A DNA stretch of 64,000 bases from the human T2T-CHM13v2.0 reference genome, Homo sapiens (GCF_009914755.1 NC_060938.1), one strand, 5' to 3'. Counted from the stretch's first letter, positions 25,728-42,435 are shown. A program made the numbers and translations. Notes: generated by a model from the letters alone, not told the origin.

Positions 25728-26214
25728 TGAGGTAGATACCTTACAATGGCCAGAAATTATTCACTGCTTCTCTCATTAAGATGTGGAGTTTATTTCTTTC
25801 CTTTCCAAATCCTTATGATTTGCTATGACCAATCCAATGAGAAAGAACTAACATTTTGTTACTTATCAGTCTCAGCCTCAAGGGGTTTTTACAGATTCCC
25901 CTCTCTCCCACTTGGAATGTTGCTTGCCTCAATGTAAGAAACCCCAGCAGTCCTCTCACTAGACCTCCTGGAGGAGATCCAAGGTACCCAGCTAACCCAC
26001 CACATAGATATGTGAGTGAGGCCATCTGGAACTAACTACCTAACTCTTGTGAAACTTCTAGATTGTGACAACTACATGAAAGACCCCAGAAGCAGTAGAA
26101 ACAGGCCTGTTGATTCCAGCCCACATTTTAGAATCCTGAGAAAATTAAATGGTTGATATTTTAAGCTACTTAGATGGAGGCTGGTTTGTTATGCCACAAG
26201 AAATATCTGATACA
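25728..26214 (+). mobile_element. MLT1F/G-like MaLR LTR inserted in a MIR
   Basis: 'atgtgagtgaggccatc', terminus 'ggtttgttatgccacaagaaatatctgataca'. MIR pieces lie on both sides. Confidence 0.7.
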
Positions 26215-26264
26215 CTTTATTATCGATTATCTACTGTGCCACTATTAGAACTTTTTATTAAGCT

Positions 26265-26400
26265 ATTATTATCTCCATTTTACAGATGAAGGAACTGAGG
26301 CTCAAGATATTAATAACTTGACTAAAGTCCTAATAACTTACCCAATGCCCTAACAAGTCACATTCTTTACATCCAGATATAGGTTAAATTTTCGAACCTA
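26265..26400 (-). mobile_element. MIR
   Basis: 'ccattttacagatgaaggaactgaggctca'. Confidence 0.7.
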
Positions 26401-26619
26401 GGATTATAAGAAGATGATTATCTTGTTTTAAATGTTCATACTTGTTAAAAAAATAGTTGTCAATGCTACATTAGTCCTTTATTTTTTTAAAAAATTTTGC
26501 CTGTTGGTGAAATTAAGAAACCTAGAAATTAGTCTCTTAATATTTATCATGTTATAAAGTAGGAGACAATTATATTCAAAAAAGACTGTCAATGTGTTCA
26601 TTGTTGCATGTCTTGTTTA

Positions 26620-27093
26620 CTGTCTTGTCTCAGGTTCCTGAAAGCTAAGACTAAGGGAGGGTTTGGCATGCAGGTAGTTTACTTGGGAAATGATCTCAGG
26701 GAGCAGGAGTTAAGTAATAAAACAGGAAAATGAGCAAACAATCAAGCTGGCATTTGTTACTAGCCACCTGAGCTTTATACAGGTGGACCTCCCAAGGAGT
26801 TTTAGTAAATTATCTCAGGAAACTGTACAGTTGGAAGAAGGGGAAACATTGATCTCCATTAGTTGAGAGCAGTTTCATAGTTGTTAACTCTCCATACTTC
26901 TTGGCAACCCATGTATCTGAGGGCAGAAGAGAAAAAATACAGGACACTGGCATGAGCCAAGGCATTGCCGCATTTCCAAGTGCATCTTCACAAAGCTGGT
27001 CAAAGCTTGCAAGGACATGGTGACCAGAACAATGGCTTAGGAAGCGGTGGAGCCAGAAGGATTTGAGGTGATTATAAGAGGCATCTTGTGCAC
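26620..27093 (-). mobile_element. Old ERVL LTR (LTR40/41-like)
   Basis: 'ggttcctgaaagc..tgcaggtagtttacttgggaaatgatctcagg', with tg..ca ends. Confidence 0.45.
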
Positions 27094-29653
27094 ATAGGTA
27101 AATACATATATTTCTCTGAAAATGCAAGAACATTGCTTTGTAAAGATGCCCAGTAAGGTTAAATAACCTTAGGTTGAATGCTTTAAAACCAAAATTAGAA
27201 AGATTAGCACAGCGAAGAAGGCATAAACACTCTATCTGACTTCTAGACGCTTGCTTCCCTCCCAATGTCACGAGCAAGTGAAAAGAGGCCTTAAACTGCA
27301 TGTGGTATTTGACCTTGCCTGAATTTTCACTAGTTTGCAGCCCCATATCATTTTTTTTCCATCTGAAAACCAACCATTAGTAATATATCCATGCAAGAGA
27401 AATGCTACAATTCTTCTAATGAGCTACCCTTGCATTCAGTTATATAAGGTCAAAGATAAGTGCACTTTATATTTGAGCCAAGCCAACTACTCACAGCAAT
27501 GTCAGTGCAAGAGAACCAATTCGAACTTAAAATTAATTAGCTTTTTAGTGGGTTGTAAAACTTGCTTAAGGTATGAAGTACTTCCTAATTATAGGAGATT
27601 ATGGTCATATTCTGAAGAACTGAGGCAGAAAGAGCCTAAATAAAGCAAACTGCATTTCATTCTTAATTACAAGGAAGTTCAATGTGTTTCATATCTTTGG
27701 GAATGTTTGGAGACGATTTTAATATTGTGAGTTTTATAAACTTTTAAGAGACAACAAATAATTGCATTAGACATGTAATGGCTAAAGTGTAAGTTTATAT
27801 TTATAATTTATAATCAGTTACATGAAATAAGATTTCTTAACACCTGGCACTGGCTAAATTTCTCAAAGAAATCAATTTTCTCACTGCAGTTATAGTTTGG
27901 TACTGACCATCTATTATTTAGCAAGGGCATGCTTTTACACTTATGGGCAAGAGTAATTTATGTTCTCATTTTTGAAAGGGGCAGTTGCTTTGCTCTTCAC
28001 AACAAACATAACTTTGCTGTAACTAAATATTCACAAATGACATACATTAAGTATTGCTTCCAAGACAAATACCAATTTCCTTCCTTAAAAAACATTTTGG
28101 ATTTTTATCTAGTGTCCCTGAGATGAATTATGATCAGGAAGGTTGATGTGGAGTTGGTGAAATTTAGAGATAAATGTACATGAGAATAGATACAGTTACT
28201 GAGTGACACAAACTTACTTCTATTATATGCACCTAAGTCATTACTGAAAGTGTAAACAACTTTTGTGAAATGCTTTTGAAATTATCTCGAACTCTAGTGA
28301 AGGATGCAAAAGAGATGTTCAAGTGGCATTCACAAGTGTGTTTTACTAATACTAATTTAGTTTACATTTTTAAACTAACACGAGGAAGAATGAAGCCCAG
28401 TGTTTACCCTCCTTTGCTTTCTAAGAACTTGTACATTTTGTGATAGAAGTGGATGTAGTTTACAGATAATGTTTTCCCCAAATTACTGAATGACATTGAT
28501 TTGGAGTGATATAACAAAGTACTCCTTGCTTTGCAAAGAAATGTTGATAGCTTTAGTGACTGTATTAGTATGTGAGGTATTAATTGAGGACTCAATCCAG
28601 GAATCTTTCAAATCTGAAAAAGATGCTGACTCATTTGTTAGTGATCAAGTACAGTCTGTAATCAGCTTTCATCTTGAGTCTGCAGAGAAAAAGAGTAGTG
28701 AAATGGGGATGAAGATAGAAAGTTAAATTTCAAGAATTCACTTGTGCTATTTATTTGAAATCTAGATATTATAGCCATGTTACAGAATTTGTAATGGCAT
28801 GATTGGTTGGTCCTTCGATTTGATCTAGAAATCAAATGTTTTCTTTTGGAATCAAAAGCCAGGCTTCCTTTCTTGACCCCCTCTTAATTACTCCTGTGAG
28901 TGCATCTTTCGATAGAATTCAATGTCACATTTAATATCCATATTATCAGCAATTCAGAACCACAGGCTCAATAAAAAAAATGTCAGTGGTCCCAATATCA
29001 TCTTTAACTTCTAAGTAAGGCCTGACCTTTACTTATTTGCATATATTAAAGGGATCTTTCATATACATATACGTATGTAAATACATTAAATTTTGAAAAT
29101 ATAAAGCAATTTCTTCTTAGTGACTGATAAAAAGACACATTTGAATTTACAAATAAACGCAAAAGGAACATTTATTAAAAAAACTAAAAATTTAGGTCCA
29201 TTTCATTTTAAAAACCACAAACAAGCAATAGATTCTGAGGACAAATGTCAATCTTATAAATACTATAGAATCTCAACATTAGAAGACTTCAAAGTTTATA
29301 GATTCGCAAACTTTTATATAATACCTTTAATAAATTGTGAAATGGCACCTATAAACTAATTAATGAAGGTATACCACATATCCAGATACATTGGGATAGC
29401 CTAAATATTAGAATATTTTCCAAAAAACATAAATCTATTACCATCTAAAACCTAGACTTTGAAATAGTTGTAGAAACCATGGCAAATGCTCCATATCCGC
29501 CTCCCCGTCACCTTCCCCTCAGAGAACATGTTGTTAAACATTTATCAACACACTACCTTGTTTTAGTTTTATTATGTTGTGTTGATTAATGGTTCATTAA
29601 TTTTTATTGTTGAGTAATATACCAGAAAATTAATATACCATGTTATTCTATCT

Positions 29654-29865
29654 CAGTGGGTCTCAAATGGAGGTAGTTTTCGTGCCCTGATGGTACATAT
29701 GGCAATGTCTGGAGATATTTTTGATTGTCATAACTGTGAGATTGCTAGTGACATTTAGTGGATAGAGGCCATGGATACTGTCAAATCCTATAATCCACAA
29801 GATAATTCCCACAAAAATAATTATTTGGTCCAAAATGTCAATATTGCCACTCCTAAATAAGCTGG
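29654..29865 (+). mobile_element. MER20 (hAT-Charlie)
   Basis: 'cagtgggtctcaa..ggcaatgtctggagatatttttgattgtcataactg..gtggatagaggcca..ccaaaatgtcaata'. Confidence 0.75.
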
Positions 29866-31491
29866 ATTATTTTCTCCTCTTGGTGGAAATTTGGCTTGTT
29901 TCCTGTTTATGGCAATTATAAATAATGCAGTCTGAGCATTTTTAATATCTTCCTGGGGACATAGGCATTTATATTTCTTGGATAAATAACTAGGTGTACA
30001 GATGCTAGTTGTCAGGATATATGTTGTTCAGTTTTAGTAGATACTGACAACAGGTGTCCCAAAGAGGTTATTCCATTTTACACTCCTATCAACAATGTAT
30101 AAAAAGTATAGCTATTCTGTATCCTCATCAACACTTGAACTTCTTGGACATTTTTCTTTTTGAGGTAAGATTTATATAAAGTGATAAATTCATATATTGT
30201 ATACCCTTTGATGAAATTTGACAAGTGTCACAATGTAGAATATTTCTATCAACTCAGAAAATTTCTTTTTCTCTTTAGATTAATCCCAGTCTCCATAAAC
30301 AATCACACTTCTGATTATACTAACATATGTTACTTTTGCCATATATGACAATGCTTAAGATAATGCTAACATTATATTGAGGTTCATGCCTGTTGCTGCA
30401 TAAGTCAGCAATTCATTTTTATTTCCTAAGTAATATTCCACTCTGAATATATCAGAATTTTTAAAACCCATTCTCCTGTTGATTGACATTTAGCTTTTTG
30501 GCAACTAATAATAAATCTACCAAATATTTTATCTGTAATTATTTAACAGTACATATGTTTTACTTGAGGGGATAGCCTAACAAGTGAAACTGTGGTGTCA
30601 TATGCTAAACATGTTTAGCTTAATTTTAAAAAACACAATTTTCGAAGAGATTGTACAATTTTACACAGCCCCAGCAATGTAGGAATGTTCCAGTTGCTCC
30701 ATATCCTTTCCAATGTTGATGCTGACATTTAATTTTAACTATTCTAGTAGATGAGAAGTGGTATGTCATTGTATTTTTAATGCCATTTCACGGATGACTA
30801 AAGATATGGAGCACTTTTTCATACACTTATTTCCAATTTATGTCTTTCTTTAAATTTTCTGATTTTTTTGTCCTAATTTGGTTGAAATTTTTAAAATGCT
30901 TTATTGGAGTTGTTCATATATATTGAATAAAAGAAGTATTTTGTCACATATGTGAGTTTGCAGATATGTTCTCCCAGTCTGTGGCTTCTATGTTTTTATT
31001 TCCTTAATGGTGACTTTTGATGAGCAGAAGTTTATGGTATTAATGGAGTTCAGTTTTATCATGTTTTGTAGTTAGTGCTTTTTCTGACATTTCAGTTTTC
31101 TAAGAAAACTTTGTTTACTATAAAGTGTATACTATGTTTTCTTTCAGAAGCTTCATAGTTTTAGCTTTTTATTTGGGATTATGAATAATTTCAAATTATT
31201 TTACTTTTATGATGTGAGATCAGGGTCAATATATCTCCAGAATTTATGCAAGTGCTCCAGCAACACAACCTGAAAAGAGTTTCTTTATTCCACTGAATTG
31301 CCTTGGAGATTTTGTCAAAAATCTATTTACATTATATGTGTAGGTTAACTTCAGGACTCTTATGTTCTGTTCCATTGACATTTATCTTTCCTCATGCCAC
31401 TATCATACTGTCTTGAATGTTGTTGCTTTATTTAAGTTTTGAAATCAGATAGTGAGTGGAAATAATATTTTACATTTTCATTTTGTAAGAC

Positions 31492-31793
<302 letters not shown>

Positions 31794-32058
31794 CAAGACA
31801 CTTTTATCTATTCAGGTCTTTTTCATAGCCACAGAAATTTTAGAATGAGCTTGTCCATAAGCATGACTTGATATTTTGAATGATATTGTATTGATACTAT
31901 TGAGCTATTTGCAGAAAATTTATATATTTAAAATTTAATTTTCCCACCCATGAACATACTATAATTTCTCATACATTTAAATATTACTTAATTTATCTTT
32001 GCAATTGTTCATGTTTTCAGTTTGAGGCTCACAAGCCTTCTGATAAATTCGTTTCAAT

Positions 32059-32271
32059 ATTTTTTTATCTTTTTTTATTATACTTTAAGTTCTTGGGTAC
32101 ATGTGCACAACGTGCAGGTTTGTTACATATGTATACATGTGCCATGTTGGTGTGCTGCACCCATTAACTCGTCATTTACATTAGGTATATCTCCTAATGC
32201 TATCCCTCTCTCCTCCCTCCATCCCACGACAGGCCCCGGTGTGTGATGTTCCCCTTGGACACAGGAAGGGG
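32059..32271 (-). mobile_element. Short L1PA3-5 3' end with micro-inversion
   Basis: 'ttattatactttaagt..gtcatttacattagg..cccacgacaggccccggtgtgtgatgttcccc'. Perfect 13-bp TSD aattcgtttcaat. Confidence 0.95.
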
Positions 32272-33756
32272 AATTCGTTTCAATTTTGATGTTACTGTAA
32301 GTTCCACTTTTCCCCTCAATATTGTATTTTAATATTTTTCTGCTAGTATAAAAATATATACTGGATCTTGTACACTGTACCTTTCTAATTTCATGTCCTA
32401 GTCATAGAGGATTTTGGGGTAGACTCCTGGGATTTTATAGTCAATCAAGTGATCTGTGAATAAGACAGTTTTCTATTTCCTTTCCACGCTGTATGTCTTT
32501 TATTTTTTATGTGCTTTATTGCACTGACTAGCATCTCCGGTACAGTGTAGAAGCCAAGCAATGTAAGCAGATGTGCATGCCTTATTTGTGGAACTGTTTT
32601 AAATTATGAATTCAATTTTTTAATTGATATACAGTTAGTTCCACTTACTGATTTTTTGAACCTTCATGGTTAACTTGTGCCTTTCAAGAAATTTCTCCAA
32701 GTCATCAAAGATGTTTAATTGATTGGCATAAAGTTGCTCATAACGTTAACAATGTATTACTTGATGTCTAAAGAAACTATAATAATTTATCCACACTCAA
32801 TCTTGGTACTGGAAAACATGTCTTTTCTCTACATTTTTTTTTACTACTATTCCTAGTGATTTAACAATGTTATTAGTCTTTTAAAAGAAATAGCTTGTTT
32901 TCATTGTTTTTCTCATTTTTTTGGTTTACTATTTATTTTTTACTTTTTAATTTTTTCTTATTTACACTTACTTATTTTACTCTTTTTTAGTTGTTTAAGG
33001 CAGAAGCTTGGATACTCAATTTTAGACATTTTAAATTTTTGAATATGAACATTTGAAGCTATAATTTTACTAGCAGAAACTAATAGCCTGAAACTTAAAG
33101 CAAGAGGGATACTGTGAGAGGTCAAAAGACTCAGCAGTCCTCATTTCCAACAAGGCCTAGGCTTCAAGATAAGTTAACTAAATTTATTGCTCATGCATGT
33201 ATTGACAGCGGGTGGGCAGGCATGATGACCTCTGATACAGTGATTCCTAATAATGTCAGTTTTGCAAATTACAGAAAGAAACTAATGCCTCAAGTAATGT
33301 AAGCCTACAGTAAAACAAGTAATAAAACCAACACACAAAGAAGGATATCTTCATTACAGTCATGAAACCTCCTGCTACAAAAGAAACTTCTAACTGTAGT
33401 TAATTCTTATTACCTACATACAACTGTACTTCTTAGCTGGCCCCCCCAAAAAATTATAGTAAATGAGGTCTTTCCCTTTTCTTACTTACTCTGACCTAAA
33501 TATTTTTAAAAACATAAACCAAACAGATATGTTAATATAAACTCACACACTTGAACATAAATGACTTTACTCTCTCTAGATATTATACACACACAGGGAA
33601 AACAAATATGAAGTTTATTGAGTATGTGAAAAGACAAGGAGGAAGCCACAGTAAGGAATCAGACACAAATTCTTCAAGTGAGCTTTACCTCGATAAATTG
33701 TTTCCTTCATATTAAATTGTTTTAAAATTAACTTCTAGATGTGCAGATAGAACTAA

Positions 33757-34077
<321 letters not shown>

Positions 34078-35444
34078 CTATTTTAAATTTTGAGGAAAAA
34101 TTAAATTTACCACTTGTCTAATGGATACCCTGTTTATTGGGAGTATATTCCCAATAAAGATAAAGATACATAAGGCTCTTTTATAGATATGTTGCAAAAC
34201 ATATATTGTTGCAAAATCTAGGCTGGAAAAAGGTGTCATTGAATTCATTATAACAGCTGACATAATTACGAAGAAAAGTTAGAAGTCACATCATAGCCAA
34301 AAAGCATATGGTATCATTCTGAATCATTTGAAATAATTTTAAGGTATTCGTGTTACCACTGTTCTTTGAAATATGCTTTATATCAATAAGAATAGTAGTT
34401 ATTATTATGGTCTGGTTTTTATCCCCAGATGATATGAATCAGTAAAATTGAAGTGAATATTTATTAAACAACATTATATATTTCTATATCAATTTTAATC
34501 TTTTGCCATTTCCTTTAATCCATTTTTAGGAAATTAAAGTTTTTCAAACATGTTTAAATGCTAACATTTATATTTTTAAAACATTAATAATTTCAGATCT
34601 GCTGTAAGATTCTTCCAGGCTGGGCAAACTCAACAGCACCTCCAGGATAAAACAAGTAAACTTACAGGCAGTCATCTCTTGTTTTACAGCAAGAATAATT
34701 CATGTTTGTCCTAGAACTAGTGCTCTTTCCTGAACGAAATTAGTGCCACCTAATATGCTTTTTCTGCAAAATACAAAACATTATACAGTTAGTGTAGACA
34801 CAATTAGAAGTAAGAGAATGATAGCGTTGTTAGGGAGAGCTGTGTGGGGAAGTAGTAGTAAAAACTGGCTAGAAGAGGAATGATTTAATGAAATAGCCTG
34901 TTGTCCCAAAGAGTTCACTACATGAAAATCATGCTGAGAAGACTGCAGGCTCCCAACTTAGTGTTGACTCTTCCTATGAATCAAGACTTACTCCCCTATC
35001 TGTGTAACTAATAAAGTCATCATTATTACTGGGTGTTAACGTTCAAAAGAAAGCAAAGCCATTCCTTAAAGAAAAAGAAACTAAACTACATAGGAAAATT
35101 GAGTATAATCTAGATTGAATTTTTATTTCATTCACACTATATAACTTTAAAATAAGAGGCATATTAGCTATTAAAATGAGACTAAAAATTTGTTTAGTTC
35201 AACTGAACAATTTTTTCAAAAAATTGTTCAATACTTCATTCAAAGGTGTATATTATGTCATTATTATCATTCCTAATTAGGGCATTGTAAAGTTTTGATA
35301 CATGATCAATTCTAGTTTAATTGTCTGATCTCTTGATCTAAAGGTAAATAAAAGAAGGAAATTTACCCTTAGTGAGGGCTGACAATGGACTGTTTAATAA
35401 ATTAGTCATCTTTATACCTTATCTTCCTTAATTCTTCAAACCTC

Positions 35445-36003
35445 AAAGTTATCCAAATTTAATGATACAAAACGACAACTATTATATTATGCTTATGATT
35501 TCCTTGAGTCAGCGATTCAGACAGCATACATGAGGGCTTGTCTCTGTTCCATGTCTGCAAGCCTACTGGCTTCCCACTGGAATAGCAGGAGTTATTTGAA
35601 TTGCTGTGGGCTAAAATCATCTAAGAACTTACCTCAAATGTCTGATGCCTGGGCTGGGATGAATTTAAGGCTAGGCTATGTAAGGTAGTCACTTGGAGAC
35701 CCTCAGTTGTGACTTCATGAGATTCAGGCTTCAGACAGAATGATAACTGCATTTCTGGGGAACAAGTGTTCCAAGGGACATAGCCAGAACCTGTAGACCT
35801 CCTTCTGACCTAGTCTGAAGAGTCATATAGCATCACTACTGCCACATTCTGTTGGTTACAAGCAAGTCACCAAGACCGGCCCAGATTCAAGGAAAGAGAG
35901 ATGACACTCTACATCTTGAAGGGGAAGTGGTAAAGTCACATTGAAAAAGCATGTGGAATGTGAGATACTGTGCTGACAGCATTTGGACAATAAAGTTGGC
36001 TAA
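35445..36003 (-). mobile_element. MLT1H-like MaLR LTR
   Basis: 'ctgccacattctgttggttacaagcaagtcac..gcccagattcaagg'. Confidence 0.65.
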
Positions 36004-36449
36004 ATAAAATGTTACAATTTTAATTTTTACCAAAAGAGCTACTGAGCAGATAGATTGGAACCATCACCAGAGTGTTTTCATTCCAAAGCCCCATGCTCTT
36101 TTACTGTTGTGTAAACTGCAGACCAAGCTCCATAAAAAATGCCGTGTTATGACTTTTTGTCACTTTTTTTTGGCTAGGTAGATATTTCTTCACTTAGCAA
36201 TAATTTGATTGTGTTGTATATGATTAGATTCAAAAATTTTAAAAAAGCCTTATTTTATAAATTAGGGTACATCTAGAATGCTAGTTCAATTTAATAGATA
36301 AAGTATTCCTTTTGAAAAATTGTGGCATCTGGTATCTTTAATTGTAGCCAGTCTAGTGACTATTAGACTTGTAATTTAAAAGTTATGGTAAAGCAAGAAA
36401 GATTTCTATTAAATTCCCTTGTCATCTTTCAGTTCCTGTTTCACAATTT

Positions 36450-37425
<976 letters not shown>

Positions 37426-37519
37426 AATTTTATTAAACCTTTGAGTTTCAGAAGAGCCAATAATATTTATTGCTTTTATCTTTTATTTAATTGCGTCTTT
37501 AAAGTGTTTTTTGTTTGTT

Positions 37520-38895
37520 TGCTTTTTGGCTGGGCAGCATATTGGTGACTCTTACTTTTCTATCCAGTCTGGTACTCTCTGCCTTTTCAATGTGATGGTT
37601 AGGCGATTTTTACATTTAACATGACTATCAGTATGGTTACATTTGAATCTATAATCTTTCTATTGCTTTTTGTTCATTCCATTTATGCTTCATTTGTTTT
37701 TCTCTTTCTTTGCCTTTTTTGTTTCTGGATCAAGGAAGTACATTTTATAATTCCATTTATGTCTTTTGTTGGCCTATTAGCTATAAATCTTGTTTTCTTA
37801 TTTTAGTGGTTGCTTCAAGGTTTAGCATATGTATAATTATCTTATTTAAGTCTACTTTCAAATGATATGATATTACCTCATATAAATTATTAAACCTTTC
37901 AACAATATAATTCCATTCTTTCTCCCCAAGCCATTTGCTCTTATTGTTATACATTTTAAATCTATATATGTTTAAATCTCACAACACATTATTTTTGTTA
38001 AACAACTATTTCTCTTTTAAAGACTTATAAATAATACAAAAATATATTGACTTACATAGTTACCATTTTCAGTGCTATTCATTCCTTTGCATTGATTTAT
38101 ATTTCCATTGGGTATAACTTTCTTTCTGCGTGAAGGAGTTCCTTTAATATTTCTCATAGTTCAGACCTTCTGGTGAATAATTCTTTCAGCTTTTCAATGT
38201 CTAAAAGGATTTTAGTTCATCTTTGTTTTTGAAAGAGGTTTTTCACTGGATATAGAATTTTAGGTTTATAGGATTTAAAAAAAATCAGTACTTTTAAAAT
38301 GCTACTTCATTATCTTTTCACTTGCAATGTTTTCAAAAGAAATATGCCATTCTCCTTATTTTTGGTTTTCTGTATGTAATTTGTGCTTTTTCTCTTTTGC
38401 TGCCTTAGGATTTTCTCCATATTACCAATTTTGAGTGATTTGATTATAATGTGCTTTGATATATTTTTTCTTCATTTTTTTCGTGCTTGAGGTTTGTTAG
38501 ATTTGGAGGGGGATTTCTAAATTTATAATTTTCTTCAAATTAGAAAAATATGCATATACTTTTTCTCTCCTGTCCCTCCATCCTACTTTTTCTCCATTAG
38601 GGACTCCAATTTTAGTTTCTAGGTCATTTGCATTTGTCTCAAAACTCTCTAATGCTACTGTCTTAATTTTCTTTCCGTATTGTTTCAATTTGTGCTTCAC
38701 TTGGACTACCATGTCTTCAAGTTCATTATTTTTTCTTTTGCAAAGTCTAATCTACTATTAATTCCATCTAGTTTTTTAATAACAGGTATTAGAATTTTCA
38801 TCATTACAAATTTGTGTTTTTTGTATCTTTATGTTCTACTAAGCTTTTGAACTTATCAAATAGGGTTCTTATAACTGTTTTCTTGTCCTTGTCTG
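37520..38895 (-). mobile_element. Old L1M 5'/ORF2-start region, antisense
   Basis: 'cagcata..tatccagtctg..ctctgccttttcaat..tttacatttaa', 'ttttcactggatatagaatttt'. Confidence 0.65.
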
Positions 38896-38896
38896 A

Positions 38897-39192
38897 TTTT
38901 TTTTTTTTTTTTTTGAGACAGAATCTTACTTTGTTGTCCAGGCTGGAGTGCAGTGGCACGATCTCACTGCAACCTCCGCCTCCCAAATTGAAGCGATTCT
39001 TATGCCTTAGCCTCTTGAGTAGCTGGGATTACAGGCATGTGTCACCACGCCTAGCTAACTTTTTGTACTTTTTGGTAGAGATGGGGTTTCACTATGTTGG
39101 CCAGGCTGGTCTCGAACTCCAGACCTCGGTGATCCACCCGCCTTGGCCTCCCAAAGTGCTGGGATTACAGGCGTAAGCCACCTCATCCAGCC
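38897..39192 (-). mobile_element. AluS
   Basis: Full dimer with poly-T. Confidence 0.95.
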
Positions 39193-39524
39193 TTTTTCCC
39201 TTAATTTTAACATTAATGTCAATTCTTAGTCAGTTAGTTCCAAATTTTGATTTGTTTTGGGGGAAGTGGTGTATGAATCTAAATATAGAACATATACAAC
39301 CATGAATTAACTTTAATATACTGAAGGAAATCATATTGTCCACACTGCACGGAGATAAAGTTACCTTGCTAACCTTCGGCAGATATATTCAAGGAGGAAA
39401 TTTTTATTCTAACACAAAGTTTAGCAATCTACATTAAATCCAATTATGTATCTGTCATCCTCTATATATTATTAACTTCCTTTTATAGTAATCGGTGTGT
39501 GTCTGTGTTTGTGTGCATGCTCAT

Positions 39525-39625
39525 AACCTAACTCCTAGCATAGTCTCTGCCATGTGGTAGGCTCTCAATTAAAATTTGTTGAATAAATAAATGTATACAT
39601 GAATTAGTGAGTGAATGAATGAGAA
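39525..39625 (+). mobile_element. L2 3' terminus
   Basis: 'cctagcatagtctctgccatgtggtaggctctcaattaaaatttgttgaat..(tgaa)n'. Confidence 0.65.
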
Positions 39626-40047
39626 CTTGGTAGTTTAATACACTTATTCATTACAGAAATGTTTGGAGAAAAATGTTTTTCCTTGTCTGCTGATTGAGGA
39701 AATAAAGTTGAAAAATCGGATTAAAGAATATACTGAACTTTTTTTGAGCTATGTATTACACTCTGTAGAAGCACTGATTAAAACTATTGTATCATTTAAT
39801 AAAAAACATTCTCTTTACTCTAGGAATCCATGTGAACTCTGGTGTTTAGAAGACTGTTTTGTCTTTATAACTTTTAAGAAATTATTTATATTTTATATGA
39901 CATGAACCTCATCTTGAATAAATGGACCTTGAAAGTATATTTCATTTAACACATTTTGAAAATCAGTCACACATGAGATTGGTGCTCAGATAAATTCCAT
40001 TAAAATATAATCATATATAATTTGTGATCATCAAAATCCTAGTATTG

Positions 40048-41292
40048 TGGTGCTGGGATAACTGGCTAGTTACATGGAAAACATTGAAACTGGACCTCTT
40101 TCTTACACCATATACAAAAATCAACTCAAGGTGGATTAAACACTAAAATACAAAACCTGAAACTATAAAAACCCTGGAAAATAACCTAGGAAATCCCATT
40201 CTGGACATACACCCTGGCAAAGATTTTATGACAAATACTCCGAAAGCAATTGCAACCAAAACAAAAATTAAGAAATGGGACCTAATTAAACTAAAGAGCT
40301 TCTGCACAGAAAAAGAAACTATCAACAGAGTAAACAGATGACCAAATGATGGGAGAAAAATACTTGCAAACTATGCATTTGATAAAGTTCTAATATCCAG
40401 GAATCTATAAGGAATATAAACAAATTAACAAGTAAAGAACAACCCCATTAAAAAGTGAGCAAAAGACATGAACAGATATTTTTCAAAAGAAGACATACAC
40501 ATGGTCAACAAGTGTATAAAAATGCTCAACATCACTCATCATTAGAGAAATGCAAATCAAAACCACAATGGGATACCATCCCACACCAGTCAGAAGGGCT
40601 ATTATTAAAAAGTCAAAAAATAAAATAACAGATGCTGTCAAGGTTATGGAGCAAACAGAATGCCTATACACTGCTGGTGGGAATGTAAATTAGTTCAGCC
40701 ATTATAGAAAGCAATGTGGTGATTTCTTAAAGAAGTTTAAGAAAGGTACCACTCAACCCAGCAATCTCATTATTGGTTATATACCCAAACGAATAGAAAT
40801 CATTTTATCATAAAGATACATGAATGCATATCTTCAATGTAGAACTATTCACAATAGCAAAAACAAGGAATCAAACTAAATGCACACTGATGATACACTG
40901 GATAAAGAAAATGTGGTACATATACATGATGGAATACTACACAGCCATAAAAAAGAAAGAGATCACATCCTTTGCAGCAACATGGAAGAAGCTGGAGGCC
41001 ATTATCCTAAGTGAAAAAACACAGGAAGACAAAACCAAATACTGCATATTCTCACTTACAAGTGGGAGCTAAATATTGAGTACACATGAACACAAATAAG
41101 GGAACAACAGACTTTGGGGCCTACTTGGGGGTGGAGGGTGACAGAAAGGTGAGGATTGAAAAATTACCTATTAGGTACTATGCTTATCACCTGGGTCATG
41201 AAATAATCTGTACACCAAACTGCGGTGATATGCAATTTACCTGTGTCACAAATCTGCACATATTCCCCTGAACATAAATAAATGTTTTTTAA
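40048..41292 (+). mobile_element. 5'-truncated L1PA15/16-like
   Basis: ORF2 C-terminus ('HWIKKMWYIYMMEYYTAIKK') plus 3'UTR. Confidence 0.9.
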
Positions 41293-41817
41293 ATAGCAGG
41301 AAATAAAAATATAAATGTGTAAACCTTCAGACTAAAAAAGTACATCATCATTCAGATTTCTTAGGTTAATAAAATATTTTACTTCATGCATAACTTCTAA
41401 GAAAATATATTAAAAATTTCTGTTTTCTAAAAGATAACTTGACTTCTTCTGGGACACTTGAGTAATGCCTAATTTTATAAATACACTTTTACTATAATAT
41501 TATAAATTTATAGATATTACCTTTTTATTCAAGAATTCATGTAACGTGCAGTTTTTTCTCAGTGCCATTTAGCATTTAAATCAAAACAATTAAATTTGGA
41601 ATTTTAAACCAAAGCATTTATGATGAATTTATTCTAAAGTGTACTAGGCTCTCAAAAAGATATTATAACACACATGTATATTATGTCATGTGTATGACAT
41701 ACATATAGTATATTTGATGATGTATGTTTATAAAAATTAAAGATATAAAACATTTTCTAAAAAATAATTTATTCAGGATTTTTGTGTCTACACTTATTTG
41801 TAAATGGAAAACGACGC

Positions 41818-42113
<296 letters not shown>

Positions 42114-42435
42114 AATAATTATTTTGTGTTATTCATTTAATTCTCACCCATTTCCAAATAGAATGAGAAATTGGTCAATGTGTCTATTTATGCCATTTTT
42201 TTAGACCAGGTAACTTGTCAATTCAGCTCACCCAAAGGGGGAGAAACAAGCTAAAAACAAATCAAATATTTGGAAATTAAATTATTCCAATTAGTTGTTT
42301 ATTAAGATGGCTTTCCTGAGTGTTTTCTTCCTTTATTTGCTAAGTAGACTGTCATTGTAATCAGGTTCATGACTGATTTTCTGGTGCCCGGGGCTAGAGT
42401 ACAGAGAGGGATTCCTGTATCACATTTATAAATAT

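Noticed and set aside
26810-27373. 187-aa minus-strand ORF
   Set aside because: Half overlaps an old LTR, with a non-ATG start and no recognisable motif. Consistent with chance.
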